Source: a bacterium (lineage in GTDB: Bacteria > Sysuimicrobiota > Sysuimicrobiia > Sysuimicrobiales > Kaftiobacteriaceae). Taken from it: a DNA stretch of 41,514 nt. Both the position numbers and the translations under genes were made by a program. Shown piece by piece: positions 24,452 through 33,622 of this stretch; the stretch's first letter is position 1; every line of letters begins with the position of its first letter. The notes under the pieces are model-generated. The model was not told the origin of the DNA. It saw nothing but the letters and a program-made list of their open reading frames with translations, and did no database searches. The stretch is taken from the NCBI GenBank assembly GCA_035574075.1, contig DATLZI010000187.1, forward strand, positions 1-41,514. Reading direction: 5' to 3'.

Positions 24452-25520
24452 GCGCGGACTCGAGCAGCGTGCGCAGGCGCTGACCGGCCTCGCGGTACAG
24501 GGCCTGCAGCTCGGGGAGGACGGCCCGGGCCGCGGCCAGGGCGGAGGGCCCGCCGTCAGGCCGCATCCGCACGGAGACGCGCGTGCCATCCGCCCCGGAG
24601 GGGCTCAGCTCCGTGGTGAAGAGCATGGCGCCGATCGCCCCGCTAGAACGGTCGGTGAGGTAGCGGAACGGCTTCCAGTCGAGGATCTCTTCGGTGATCG
24701 TGTGACTGCCGTGAACGCAGTGGTTGACCGTGCCGACGCCGCGCACGCCGCCGGGGGACCGCTCCTCCACCCGCACGGTGTCCGGCTGCCACACCATCCG
24801 CAACCGCGGGGTGGTGAGGTAGTGCCAGACGAGCGCCGGGGGAGCGGGGAGATCGATCTCCGCCACCGACAGCCCCTCGCCAGGCGCGAGGTAGACGGCG
24901 CGGCGGTCCTGCTCCCGGCGCCAGCGGGCCTCGAGATCGATCACCGCGCCGCGCACCTCGCCGACGTCGTCGAACGTCTCCACGTGCTCGATCGCCTCCA
25001 GCGCCCAAAGGTCCAGGGCGAACCGCTGCAGGCAGGGCGCCGTGAACAGCGCGTATCCGCGCCGGGCGGTGCGCGCCGTGACGGCGTTCTTCAGGAGCCG
25101 GTGCACGAGGATGACGTCGCGCCCGAGCAGCTCACTGCGCCCCGCCACCTCATGCACCACGAACGCGCCGTGGTGCACCAGGAACTTGAGGTTGAGGGTG
25201 GGGATGAGACGGCAGGCGGCGCACTCGCAGGTGGTGTGACGGTCGATCAGCCTCAGCCGCCGGGCGAACGCGTCGTAGGCCGCCTCGAGCATCGCCAGGA
25301 GCGTGCCGCCGTCCGCCGCGCCTTGCCCGGCCCGCTCGTAGCAGAAGACCGCGTCACCTTCCAGGTTGGCCAGCTGCAGCAGCCCCTGCATCTGCCCGAC
25401 CAGCACCGTCATCAGGTCAGCCAGAACGTCCTGGGAGTGCTCCAGCTCCACCCCCGCGACGTACCGGGAGTAGCCGCTGATGTCGCCGATCACCAGGCAG
25501 CCCTGCTGCACCGCGGCCAT
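24444..25520 (-). CDS. DUF2652 (nucleotidyl-cyclase-like) domain fused to an SRPBCC/START-like ligand-binding domain
   Basis: ATG at 25518-25520. N-terminal half has CLVIGDISGYSRYV, LEGDAVFCY and the Cys cluster CECAAC. C-terminal half has PALVWHYLTTP...EEILDWKPFRYL, typical of SRPBCC. The upstream 345 codons of track ORF 24444..26555 are antisense to pdxA. Confidence 0.7.
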   Translation of the reverse strand: MAAVQQGCLVIGDISGYSRYVAGVELEHSQDVLADLMTVLVGQMQGLLQLANLEGDAVFCYERAGQGAADGGTLLAMLEAAYDAFARRLRLIDRHTTCECAACRLIPTLNLKFLVHHGAFVVHEVAGRSELLGRDVILVHRLLKNAVTARTARRGYALFTAPCLQRFALDLWALEAIEHVETFDDVGEVRGAVIDLEARWRREQDRRAVYLAPGEGLSVAEIDLPAPPALVWHYLTTPRLRMVWQPDTVRVEERSPGGVRGVGTVNHCVHGSHTITEEILDWKPFRYLTDRSSGAIGAMLFTTELSPSGADGTRVSVRMRPDGGPSALAAARAVLPELQALYREAGQRLRTLLESAHG

Positions 25521-25571
25521 CGTGGCTGACTCCGTTCCACGGGGGCCGGGGAGGCCCCTGCCCGGCGGAGC

Positions 25572-26564
25572 GTGAATCCCTTCCCTGTGCGTGACCATCC
25601 GACCGTGGCCGTGACGATCGGCGATCCGGCGGGGATCGGACCGGAGATCGTCGTCCGGGCCATCGCCGAGGAGGCGGTGCGCCGGTCGGCCGCGCTCGTC
25701 GTCGTCGGCGACGGCGCGATCCTCGAGCGGGCGGCGACCGTGGCCGGCGTCGCCCTGGGCCTCGATGATCGGACGACGCTGATCGATCTCGCCAACGTGC
25801 CGGCGGACCTGCCCTGGGGCCAGGTCCGGCCGGAAGCCGGTCGCGCCGCCGCGCAGTACGTCGAGCGGGCGGTGGCGGAGGCTCTGGCCGGCCGGGTCGA
25901 CGCCATCGCCACGGCGCCCCTGAACAAGGAGGCGTTGTGGGCCGCCGGCTACGCCGTGCCCGGACACACCGAGTTGCTGGGGCAGCTGACCGGCGTCGCC
26001 GATCCGCTGACGATGTTCCAGGTACGGGGACTGCGCATCTTCTTCCTGACGCGCCACCACTCCCTCCGGGAGGCACTCGCGCGCATCACCCGCGAGCGCC
26101 TCATGGAGCGGCTGCCCCGGATCGACGCGGAGCTGCGCCGGCTCGGCTTCGACCGGCCGCGCCTGGCCGTCGCCGCGCTCAACCCGCACGCGGGCGAAGG
26201 CGGAGCGCTGGGGACGGAGGAGCGCGACATCATCGCTGTGGCTGTGCGCGAGGCGCGGGCCCGCGGCCTGGACGTCAGCGGTCCCGTTCCCGCCGACGCC
26301 GTTTTCGCCCAGGCGCTGGAAGGCCGCTACGACGCCGTGCTGTCGCTCTACCACGATCAGGGGCACATCGCGGCGAAGACGTTGGACTTCCACGGCACGG
26401 TGAGCGTGACGCTCGGCCTGCCATTCATCCGCACCTCGGTGGACCACGGCACCGCCTTCGACATCGCCGGCCGGGGGATCGCCCGGGCGGACAGCATGGC
26501 CGCGGCGATCATCGCCGCGGCCGATCTGGTGCGTCGCGGGCGCGCCGCAGGGCACCTCGCCTGA
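25572..26564 (+). CDS. pdxA: PdxA-family NAD(P)-dependent 4-hydroxythreonine-4-phosphate (or 4-phospho-threonate/erythronate) dehydrogenase
   Basis: 330 aa with GDPAGIGPEI, GHTE, NPHAGEGG, YHDQGH and TSVDHGTAFDIAG. GTG start is uncertain by a few codons. Family assignment is firm; the exact substrate is not. Confidence 0.85.
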   Translation: MNPFPVRDHPTVAVTIGDPAGIGPEIVVRAIAEEAVRRSAALVVVGDGAILERAATVAGVALGLDDRTTLIDLANVPADLPWGQVRPEAGRAAAQYVERAVAEALAGRVDAIATAPLNKEALWAAGYAVPGHTELLGQLTGVADPLTMFQVRGLRIFFLTRHHSLREALARITRERLMERLPRIDAELRRLGFDRPRLAVAALNPHAGEGGALGTEERDIIAVAVREARARGLDVSGPVPADAVFAQALEGRYDAVLSLYHDQGHIAAKTLDFHGTVSVTLGLPFIRTSVDHGTAFDIAGRGIARADSMAAAIIAAADLVRRGRAAGHLA

Positions 26565-26792
26565 CCGTCCACACCCGCCCCGTCCGGCTTCTCCCTTGCC
26601 TGCCCGCAGGGCTGGACGATCACCACCGCAGGAGGGCCGATCGCGGTGCCGGGCGAGGCATCCCTTTCTGGATGAACCGGAGCAGGATTGTCTCGATGGC
26701 TGCAGAATGGTGAGACGGTTAGTTCCTACGCTGACACCTCGACTCCGGCCCTCGCTCCACCCTGTCGGAGATCACCTTCAGGAGGGATTCCA

Positions 26793-27782
26793 GTGAAACG
26801 GATCGGCCCGATCGCGCTCTGCGTCACGCTGGTCATGCTGTCCATCGCCGCGCTCCCCGCGCGGGGAGCCGGCCGCACGTGGACGGTGATCGTCGGCGGC
26901 GGCACGAAAGACGGCACCGTCTTCCTGAACGCCTTCTTTCCCCGCACGCTCGAGGTCGCCACGGGTGATACCGTGCGCTGGCAGTTCGAAGGCTTTCACA
27001 ACGTGGCGTTCCTGGGCGGCACGCCCATGCCGCCGCTCGTGCAGCCCGCGGGCAACGACATGGTCATCAACCCGAACGTCGTCTTCCCGGTCGGCGGAGG
27101 CGCCTACGCCGGAGAGGGCTACATCAACTCGGGGATCGCCCTCGATCCGACCAAACCGCATGCCTACTCGGTCACCTTCACCAAACCGGGGACCTACCGG
27201 TACGTCTGTGTCGTGCACGGACCCGCCATGGGGGGGACCGTGGTGGTAAAGGACGCCGTGACAGGATCGCCGGCAGCCCTCCTGCGGGAGGCGCGGCGGC
27301 AGCAGGCCGCGGCCGTCGCCGGCGGGCAGTCGATGTGGAAGCGCTTCCGCGTCATCCGCCAGGGTCGCGACGTGGCCATCCCGCTGATCGGCGACGCGCG
27401 GGTCGGCGCCTCGATCTTCCGATTCACCCCGGCCCCCCTGCGCGTGACGGTCGGCACGACGGTGACCTGGCAGATGGCGGATCCGTTCGAGATCCACACC
27501 GTGACGTTCACCAGCGGCAAGCGGCCGCCGACGTTCGAGCTGATCCGGCCGCAGCAGCAGGGCCCGCCGAAGGTGCTCCTCAACCCGGTGGCGGCGAGGC
27601 CCTCCGGGCACCGCAACTACGACGGCACGGGCTTCGTGAACTCCGGCATCCTGTACCCCCCGCAGGCGCCGGCCGGCCTGCCGAAGAACTACAGCCTGAC
27701 CTTCCTCAAGGCGGGGCGCTACGAGTACTGGTGCATCACGCACGCCCCGTACGGGATGAAGGGCGTCATCATCGTCGAGTAA
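26793..27782 (+). CDS. Secreted two-domain cupredoxin (plastocyanin/azurin-like blue-copper protein)
   Basis: GTG at 26793 with GGAGGG 6 nt upstream. Signal peptide VKRIGPIALCVTLVMLSIAALPARGA. Two type-1 Cu ligand sets: FHNV...CVVHGPAM and IHTV...CITHAPYGM. Confidence 0.8.
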   Translation: MKRIGPIALCVTLVMLSIAALPARGAGRTWTVIVGGGTKDGTVFLNAFFPRTLEVATGDTVRWQFEGFHNVAFLGGTPMPPLVQPAGNDMVINPNVVFPVGGGAYAGEGYINSGIALDPTKPHAYSVTFTKPGTYRYVCVVHGPAMGGTVVVKDAVTGSPAALLREARRQQAAAVAGGQSMWKRFRVIRQGRDVAIPLIGDARVGASIFRFTPAPLRVTVGTTVTWQMADPFEIHTVTFTSGKRPPTFELIRPQQQGPPKVLLNPVAARPSGHRNYDGTGFVNSGILYPPQAPAGLPKNYSLTFLKAGRYEYWCITHAPYGMKGVIIVE

Positions 27783-27824
27783 GCCGCGGCGTCTAGGCGG
27801 CCGGGGCGCGGGCACGGATGAGAT

Positions 27825-28997
27825 GTGTCCCGCGCCCTGACCGCCGGTTTCGCCGCCGCCGTCTCCCTGGCCGCGATCGCCGCCGGCCCCTGGATCCTCA
27901 GCGCGCCCGGCCCGGCCAGCAGCGAAGAGCCTCCCCGTCCCGCGGAGGAGGCGGCCCCGCCGTCTCCAGCCCGGCCGCCCCGCCCCGACGTGATCAAGGC
28001 GATCTACCTCACCTCCTGGAGCGCGGCCACCCCCAGCCGGGTGGCCCGGGCGCTCGAGCTCCTCGAGACCACGGAGCTCAACGCGGTGGTCATCGACGTC
28101 AAGGACTACACCGGGGCCGTCGCCTTCCGCACGGGGTCCCCCGCGGTCGCGGCGATGGGCGCGGAAGTGGGGCGGCTCGACCTCGGGGCGCTGGTCCGGC
28201 GCTTCCACGACGCGGGCGCGTACGTCGCGGTGCGGATCGCCGCCTTCCAGGACCACCACCTCTCCCGGCGCCGCCCCGACCTCGCCGTGCGCGATGCGCA
28301 GGGCGCGGTCTGGCGGGACAATCTCGGCATCGGGTGGGTGGATCCCGCCGCGCGGGAGGTGTGGGACTACCTGGTCGCGGTCGGGCGGGCGGCCGCGGCG
28401 GCGGGCGTGGACGAGCTGAACTTCGACTACGTCCGCTTCCCCTCGGACGGCAAGCTGGACGGCCTGCGCTACCCGTTCTTCGACGGCACGGTCGGCCGGC
28501 GGCGCACGCTGCAGCGCTTCTTCGAGCACCTCACCGTGGCGCTGCGCCCCACCGGCGCCGTGCTCTCCGCCGATCTGTTCGGCCTGACCACCGTGGCGGC
28601 GGACGACATGGGCATCGGACAGATCCTGGAGGACGCGCTGCTCTACTTCGACTATGTGGCGCCGATGGTCTACCCCTCGCACTACGCCCGGGGCTTCCTG
28701 ACCTTCGCGAACCCCGCCGCGCACCCCTACGCGGTGGTGCACTACTCGCTGCTGCGGGCGCAGGAACGCCGCCTGCGCCTGCGGCGGCAGCTGAGCGCGC
28801 TGGCCGCCGGCGGAGACGCGGGCGAGGTGACGCTCGCCCGGCTGCGGCCGTGGCTCCAGGCGTTCGACCTGGGAGCCAGCTATCCGCCCTCGGCGGTCCG
28901 GGAACAGATCCAGGCCGTGTACGACGCCGGCGGGGCCTCCGGCTGGTACCTCTGGAGCCCCGCCAACGTCTACGCCGCCGCCGCGCTCGAGAAGTGA
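27825..28997 (+). CDS. Putative glycoside-hydrolase-like protein (DUF4015 / GHL-type TIM barrel) with N-terminal signal or anchor
   Basis: 390 aa with NAVVIDVKDYTGAVAF, GWVDP, DELNFDYVRFPSDG and MVYPSHY. N-terminal hydrophobic segment, then a Pro/Ala-rich linker. Confidence 0.75.
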   Translation: MSRALTAGFAAAVSLAAIAAGPWILSAPGPASSEEPPRPAEEAAPPSPARPPRPDVIKAIYLTSWSAATPSRVARALELLETTELNAVVIDVKDYTGAVAFRTGSPAVAAMGAEVGRLDLGALVRRFHDAGAYVAVRIAAFQDHHLSRRRPDLAVRDAQGAVWRDNLGIGWVDPAAREVWDYLVAVGRAAAAAGVDELNFDYVRFPSDGKLDGLRYPFFDGTVGRRRTLQRFFEHLTVALRPTGAVLSADLFGLTTVAADDMGIGQILEDALLYFDYVAPMVYPSHYARGFLTFANPAAHPYAVVHYSLLRAQERRLRLRRQLSALAAGGDAGEVTLARLRPWLQAFDLGASYPPSAVREQIQAVYDAGGASGWYLWSPANVYAAAALEK

Positions 28998-29001
28998 CCC
29001 G

Positions 29002-29460
29002 CTAGCTCGCCCCCGCCAGCTTCGCGAAGAGCTGGATCTGGCCGTGGTGGTAGGCCGTGTGCATGAGCGACGTCGTGACGGCCCACTGCCGGGGTACCGC
29101 GCGGGCGCTGCCGCGGAACGGCACCTCCACGGTCTGGGCGAGATCGTCCGCCGTCAGGCTGGCCAGCACGCCGCGCGCCTCGGCCTGCGCGGCGCGCAGA
29201 TCGCTCACCAGCGGCGCTTTCGCCAGGCGCTCCCGTTCGAACTCGGCCGCGCGGTCGCGCATCACCGCCCGCCCGCCGACCACCTGCACGATCCAGTAGC
29301 GCTCCGAGCCCGCGATGTGGCGCAGCAGGATGCCGACCGTGTTCGCCAGGTTGGGGTGCCACCAGTTGATCGTCTCGTCGGTCATCGGCTCGACGAGCTG
29401 GTAGATGTCGTCGTGCACGCGGTCCAGCGCCTCGGCGAACGGAGCCACGAACGGGTCCAT
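29002..29460 (-). CDS. DinB-family protein
   Basis: ATG at 29458-29460 with AAGGAGG upstream. 152 aa with a DinB-like His triad context (LLRHIAGSERYW ... HTAYHHGQI). Confidence 0.85.
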   Translation of the reverse strand: MDPFVAPFAEALDRVHDDIYQLVEPMTDETINWWHPNLANTVGILLRHIAGSERYWIVQVVGGRAVMRDRAAEFERERLAKAPLVSDLRAAQAEARGVLASLTADDLAQTVEVPFRGSARAVPRQWAVTTSLMHTAYHHGQIQLFAKLAGAS

Positions 29461-29636
29461 GGAGACCTCCTTGACCAGGATGAGGAGAGAGTTCGCACCT
29501 CGCGGGCGGGCGCTCCTGTCCCGGTTGCGCCAGGGGCACCGGCGCTGGCCGAGACGCGCGCGCCCTCGCCGGGCGCCGGCCCGCCGGGCGCTTCTGTTAC
29601 CCCGTGAAGCGGACGCGGGGCCCAGGCGGCCGGCCT

Positions 29637-31085
29637 TCAGGGCTGGTAGCCGAGCAGGGGCCAGTAGACGATCGCCGCGAGCCAGGTGAGGGCGAGCAGG
29701 ACGAGCGAGGCGGGGATCCCCGACCGGAAGTAGTCGGCGATGGTGTAGTACTCGTACCCCATCGTGATCATCCCGGTCGGCGTCTGGGTCGGCAGCAGGA
29801 ATCCGGGCCCGGCTGTCATCACCACGACCATCCCGGTCCACACCGGGTTCAGCCCCCAGCCCTTCGCCAGCGTGAAGGCCAGCGGCAGCGCGGCGGCGAT
29901 CATCCCCAGGTTGTTCACGAAACCGACGCGGATCAGCAGGACGAGCGGCGCGATGACGAGCGCCACGACCTGCGGCGAGGGGCGGGCGATGACCCCCAGC
30001 GCTTCACGCGTCAGCCAGGCCCCGGCGCCGGAACGGTCGAGCGCGTTGGCCAGGGCCAGCGAGACGCCGAACAGGATGATCACGTTCCAGCGCACGGAGC
30101 CCAGGGCGCGCTCCCAGGAGAGGACGCGGATCCCGGGCAGCAGGAGGGCGAGCGCGCCGATCATCCCGGCCTGGGACGTCGTGATCCCCCAGCGCGGTCC
30201 CGCCACCCAGAGGAGGAAGATCACCGCGAAGACCGACAGCATCTTCCACTCGGGAACGGAGAGCGCCCCCAGGCGGCGCAGTTCCGCGGCGACGTAGTCC
30301 GCGCCGGCGGCCAGTTCGCCGCGCTCGGGCGGGAACTGCCACAGCAGCAGCCGCCAGATGGCGAGGGTGAAGACCACGACCAGCGGGTAGAACGCGGCCA
30401 GCCAGGCGAGGTACGTCCAGCGCGCGTCGATCAGGGTCCCGAAGGCGCCGGCCGCGTACACCGTGGCGCCGGCGGCGGTCATCAGCCCGATGCCGACCAT
30501 GATCGAGACGTGGGAGATCCCGATCAGCAGCGCCTTGGCGAAAGGCGACGAAGGCCGGATGCGCGCGGCCTCGATGATCCCGAGCACGACGGGCAGGATC
30601 ATCGAGGTGCGACCGGCCGCGGTCGGCACCATGAAGGCCAGGATGAGGACGGTGCCGAGCACGGCGAGGAGCACGAGGGGCGGACGATCGCCCGCGCGGT
30701 GCAGCAGGGCCAGGGCGATCCGGCGCCCGAGCCCCGTGTCGGCCATGGCCTGGGCCAGGATGAACGTCACGACCAGCAGCCAGACGAACTCCGTGCCGAA
30801 CCCGGCGACCGCCTCCTCGAACGGCATGACGCCCAGCACGGAGAGCACGGTGAGCAGCAGGAGCCCGGAGAGCGACGGATCCTGCACGCCGCTGGCCCAG
30901 AAGGCGACCGCGGCCAGGAGCCCCGCCAGGGCGAACGCTCCCTGGCGGGACAGCGCCGCGGGCAGCGGCGCCAGCGCGGCGACGAGGAAAGCCGCGCCGA
31001 AGACCGCCCACGGGATCCAGGCCAGCGAGGGGCGCGAGGCCGCCAGGTCATCCTGGAGCAGCGGCGATTGGGAACCCGTGGGCAT
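29637..31085 (-). CDS. DASS/SLC13-family anion (di/tricarboxylate or sulfate) permease
   Basis: 482 aa, polytopic. CitT/SLC13-like repeats (...MVPTAAGRTSMILPV... and ...VGFVNNLGMIAAALPLA...). ATG lies 16 nt after the stop of the preceding M29-like gene. Confidence 0.8.
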   Translation of the reverse strand: MPTGSQSPLLQDDLAASRPSLAWIPWAVFGAAFLVAALAPLPAALSRQGAFALAGLLAAVAFWASGVQDPSLSGLLLLTVLSVLGVMPFEEAVAGFGTEFVWLLVVTFILAQAMADTGLGRRIALALLHRAGDRPPLVLLAVLGTVLILAFMVPTAAGRTSMILPVVLGIIEAARIRPSSPFAKALLIGISHVSIMVGIGLMTAAGATVYAAGAFGTLIDARWTYLAWLAAFYPLVVVFTLAIWRLLLWQFPPERGELAAGADYVAAELRRLGALSVPEWKMLSVFAVIFLLWVAGPRWGITTSQAGMIGALALLLPGIRVLSWERALGSVRWNVIILFGVSLALANALDRSGAGAWLTREALGVIARPSPQVVALVIAPLVLLIRVGFVNNLGMIAAALPLAFTLAKGWGLNPVWTGMVVVMTAGPGFLLPTQTPTGMITMGYEYYTIADYFRSGIPASLVLLALTWLAAIVYWPLLGYQP

Positions 31086-31101
31086 CAGGAGCGGGCCGCC
31101 C

Positions 31102-32085
31102 TCACAGCCTGAGCTCGCCCTGCTCGAGGAGCACCGTCCGGTCGAGACGCAGGGTGGGCCGGAACATCATCCCGTCGAAGTGGGCCACCGCGCGTGTCGC
31201 GCCGCCGATGTTCGCGCTGGTCCCGATCCCGATGTGCACCGTCCCCAGCGCCCCGTGGTCCGTCCACCGTCCGGTGAGGGTGAGGATCGCGGGGTTCAGG
31301 CCGACCGCCAGCTGGGCGATGGTGTAGACCGCGGCGTCGCCCAGGGAAGCCCAGACCTTGCGGATCATCTCCGCCTCCGCCCCGCCCTCCACGCGCACGA
31401 TGCGGCCGGCCTCCACGGTGCAGACCACGGGGCTGCGCAGCAACCCGCCCAACCGCAGGTTCGGGATGCTGCCGTCGAAGACCAGGCGGCCTTCGACCTT
31501 CCCGTCCACGGGCGCGATGTTCGCCTCGATCCAGGGGAAGGCGGAGAACTTCCCGGGCCGGTCCAGGATGCAGTCGTGGGCGTTCCCCGTCCGGCCCCGG
31601 AGATCGAAGGCGCAGTCCGTGCCCGCCGGCGTGGTGAGGTGCGCGGTGGAGGCTCCCGTGAGCAGCTCGGCGACCCGCCGGCAGCGGGGCGACTCGGCCT
31701 CGAAGTCGGCCTCCGGCCCTCCGCGATAGAGCATCTCCGGCGTCACCATGGCGGGCAGCGAGAGCACCCGCGCGCCCTTCGCCAGCGCGTCGTGGACGGC
31801 GGCGGAGTGACTGATCGAGTAGCTCACGGGGGTGAGGACCACGTCCGCGGCCGCCATCGCCGCGGCGACCACCGCCGGGGGCTCGTCGCCGTCCACCTCG
31901 CGCGGCGTCATCACGGTGGTGACGACCTGGGGCGTCACCTCCAGGGCGGCCGCGGCCAGCGCCTCGCCTACGGTGAGGCTGACCTCGCCCGTGTCCGCGA
32001 CCACCACCACCTTCTCGCCGGACCGAACGCGCGCGCAGACCCGGATCACCTTGCGCGCGCCCTCGATCAACCCCGCGATCTGCAC
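31102..32085 (-). CDS. M29 aminopeptidase / NicX-like metalloenzyme, paralog 1
   Basis: GTG at 32083-32085 with AGAGGAGGG 6 nt upstream, 19 nt after the tctA stop. 327 aa with FPWIEANIAP, TVHIGIGTS and AHFDG (H...HxD). Confidence 0.75.
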   Translation of the reverse strand: MQIAGLIEGARKVIRVCARVRSGEKVVVVADTGEVSLTVGEALAAAALEVTPQVVTTVMTPREVDGDEPPAVVAAAMAAADVVLTPVSYSISHSAAVHDALAKGARVLSLPAMVTPEMLYRGGPEADFEAESPRCRRVAELLTGASTAHLTTPAGTDCAFDLRGRTGNAHDCILDRPGKFSAFPWIEANIAPVDGKVEGRLVFDGSIPNLRLGGLLRSPVVCTVEAGRIVRVEGGAEAEMIRKVWASLGDAAVYTIAQLAVGLNPAILTLTGRWTDHGALGTVHIGIGTSANIGGATRAVAHFDGMMFRPTLRLDRTVLLEQGELRL

Positions 32086-32104
32086 ACCGATCCCTCCTCT
32101 GGCC

Positions 32105-33619
32105 TCAGCCGCCCCCGCCGGCCATCTCCGGCGCGGCCGCCGCAAGGCGGCGGCGCAGGAACGAGGACAGCACCAGCAACAGCGTCAGACCAAGCAACGT
32201 TGCGGACAGCGGCCGCGTGACGAAGGTGAGCAGGCTGCCGTGCGAGAGCAGCAGCGCTTGCCGCGCGGACTCCTCGAGCGTGTTGCCGAGCACGAGCGCC
32301 AGCACCAGCGGCGCCGCCGGGTAGTCGAGCTTCATCATGATGTAGCCGAAGATCGCGAAGCCCAGCGCCAGCCAGGCTTCGAAGAGGTGGTTCTCCAGGC
32401 TGAAGGTGCCGATCACGGCCAGGGCGATGATCGAGGGGTAGAGGACCGGCTTGCGCAGGCGCAGGACGCTGACGAAGAGCGGGATGGCAAGCAGGTTGAG
32501 CAGGACCAGCAGGAAGTTGCTGACGTGCATGCTGGCGATGATGCCCCAGGCGAACTGCGGGTGTTGCTCGAAGAGCAGCGGGCCTGGCCGCAGCCCGAAG
32601 AGCATCAGGCCGCCCAGCATCACCGCCGTGGTGGCCGAGCCGGGCAGGCCGAGGGTCAGCAGGGGGACCATCGCCCCCACCGCCGCGGCGTTGTTGGCGC
32701 TCTCCGGGCCGGCCACCCCCTCGATCGCGCCCCGGCCGAAGCGGTCGGGATCGCGCGATGCGCGCTTCTCCACGGTATAAGAAATCATCGAGGCGGCCGT
32801 CGCCCCGGCCCCCGGCAGCATCCCCACGAGGAAGCCGATCACAGTGCCCCGCAGGATCGCCCATCGGCTGGCCAGCCAGTCCGCCGCCGCGGGCAACACC
32901 CCGCGCAGCGTGAACCGCGCGTCCGGCACCCGGTACGGGGCGACCTGATGCGCCGTGGCCAGGATCTCTGCGATCCCGAAGAGCCCGACCGCCACGGGGA
33001 TGAACTGCACGCCGTCGAGCAGCTTGAGCTGGCCGAAGGTGAAGCGGGGCAGCCCACTGATGAGATCGATGCCGACGGTCGACAGCCACAGCCCGAGCAG
33101 CACCGCGATGGCCCCCTTCAGCTTGTCCCGCCCCGTGAGGTAGACGGTCAGGCTGAACGCCAGGACGAGAAGGGCCGTGAACTCCGCCGGCCCGAAGGCC
33201 AGCGCCACGCGGGTCAGCGGGCGGGCGAGGAACATCAGGGCGGCGATGCCGGCCGTCCCGGCCAGGAACGAGCCGAAGGCCGCGATCCCCAGCGCCGCCC
33301 CGGCCCGCCCCTGGCGCGCCATCTCGTATCCGTCCAGCATCGTCATCACCGAGGACGACTCGCCGGGGATGCGCAGCAGCACGGAGGTGATCGTCCCGCC
33401 GTACATCGCGCCGTAGTAGATGCCGATGAAGGTGATCATCGAAGTGGCCGGGTCCAGGTCGAAGGTCACGGGCAGGAGGATGGCGATCGCCGCCGAGGGA
33501 CCGATCCCCGGCAGCACCCCGATCAGCTGGCCGATCACGACCCCGGTGGCCGCGGCCAGGAGGTTCACGGGCTGCAGCGCCACCTGGAAGCCGTTCAGCA
33601 GCAGGCGCAGGGTGTCCAC
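32105..33619 (-). CDS. tctA: Tripartite tricarboxylate transporter permease TctA (system 2)
   Basis: 504 aa with GVLPGIGP and YYGAMYGGTITSVLLRIPGE. GTG start lies 3 nt after the tctB stop. Confidence 0.9.
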   Translation of the reverse strand: MDTLRLLLNGFQVALQPVNLLAAATGVVIGQLIGVLPGIGPSAAIAILLPVTFDLDPATSMITFIGIYYGAMYGGTITSVLLRIPGESSSVMTMLDGYEMARQGRAGAALGIAAFGSFLAGTAGIAALMFLARPLTRVALAFGPAEFTALLVLAFSLTVYLTGRDKLKGAIAVLLGLWLSTVGIDLISGLPRFTFGQLKLLDGVQFIPVAVGLFGIAEILATAHQVAPYRVPDARFTLRGVLPAAADWLASRWAILRGTVIGFLVGMLPGAGATAASMISYTVEKRASRDPDRFGRGAIEGVAGPESANNAAAVGAMVPLLTLGLPGSATTAVMLGGLMLFGLRPGPLLFEQHPQFAWGIIASMHVSNFLLVLLNLLAIPLFVSVLRLRKPVLYPSIIALAVIGTFSLENHLFEAWLALGFAIFGYIMMKLDYPAAPLVLALVLGNTLEESARQALLLSHGSLLTFVTRPLSATLLGLTLLLVLSSFLRRRLAAAAPEMAGGGG

Positions 33620-33622
33620 CGC

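Noticed and set aside
25521-26555. N-terminal 345-codon extension of ORF 24444..26555
   Set aside because: It is antisense to the PdxA-family gene. The DUF2652 domain begins right at the internal ATG (25518-25520), which has a GGAG upstream.
26778-28742. 654-aa minus-strand ORF
   Set aside because: It is antisense to the cupredoxin and DUF4015 genes, which have signal peptides, SD sites and conserved motifs.
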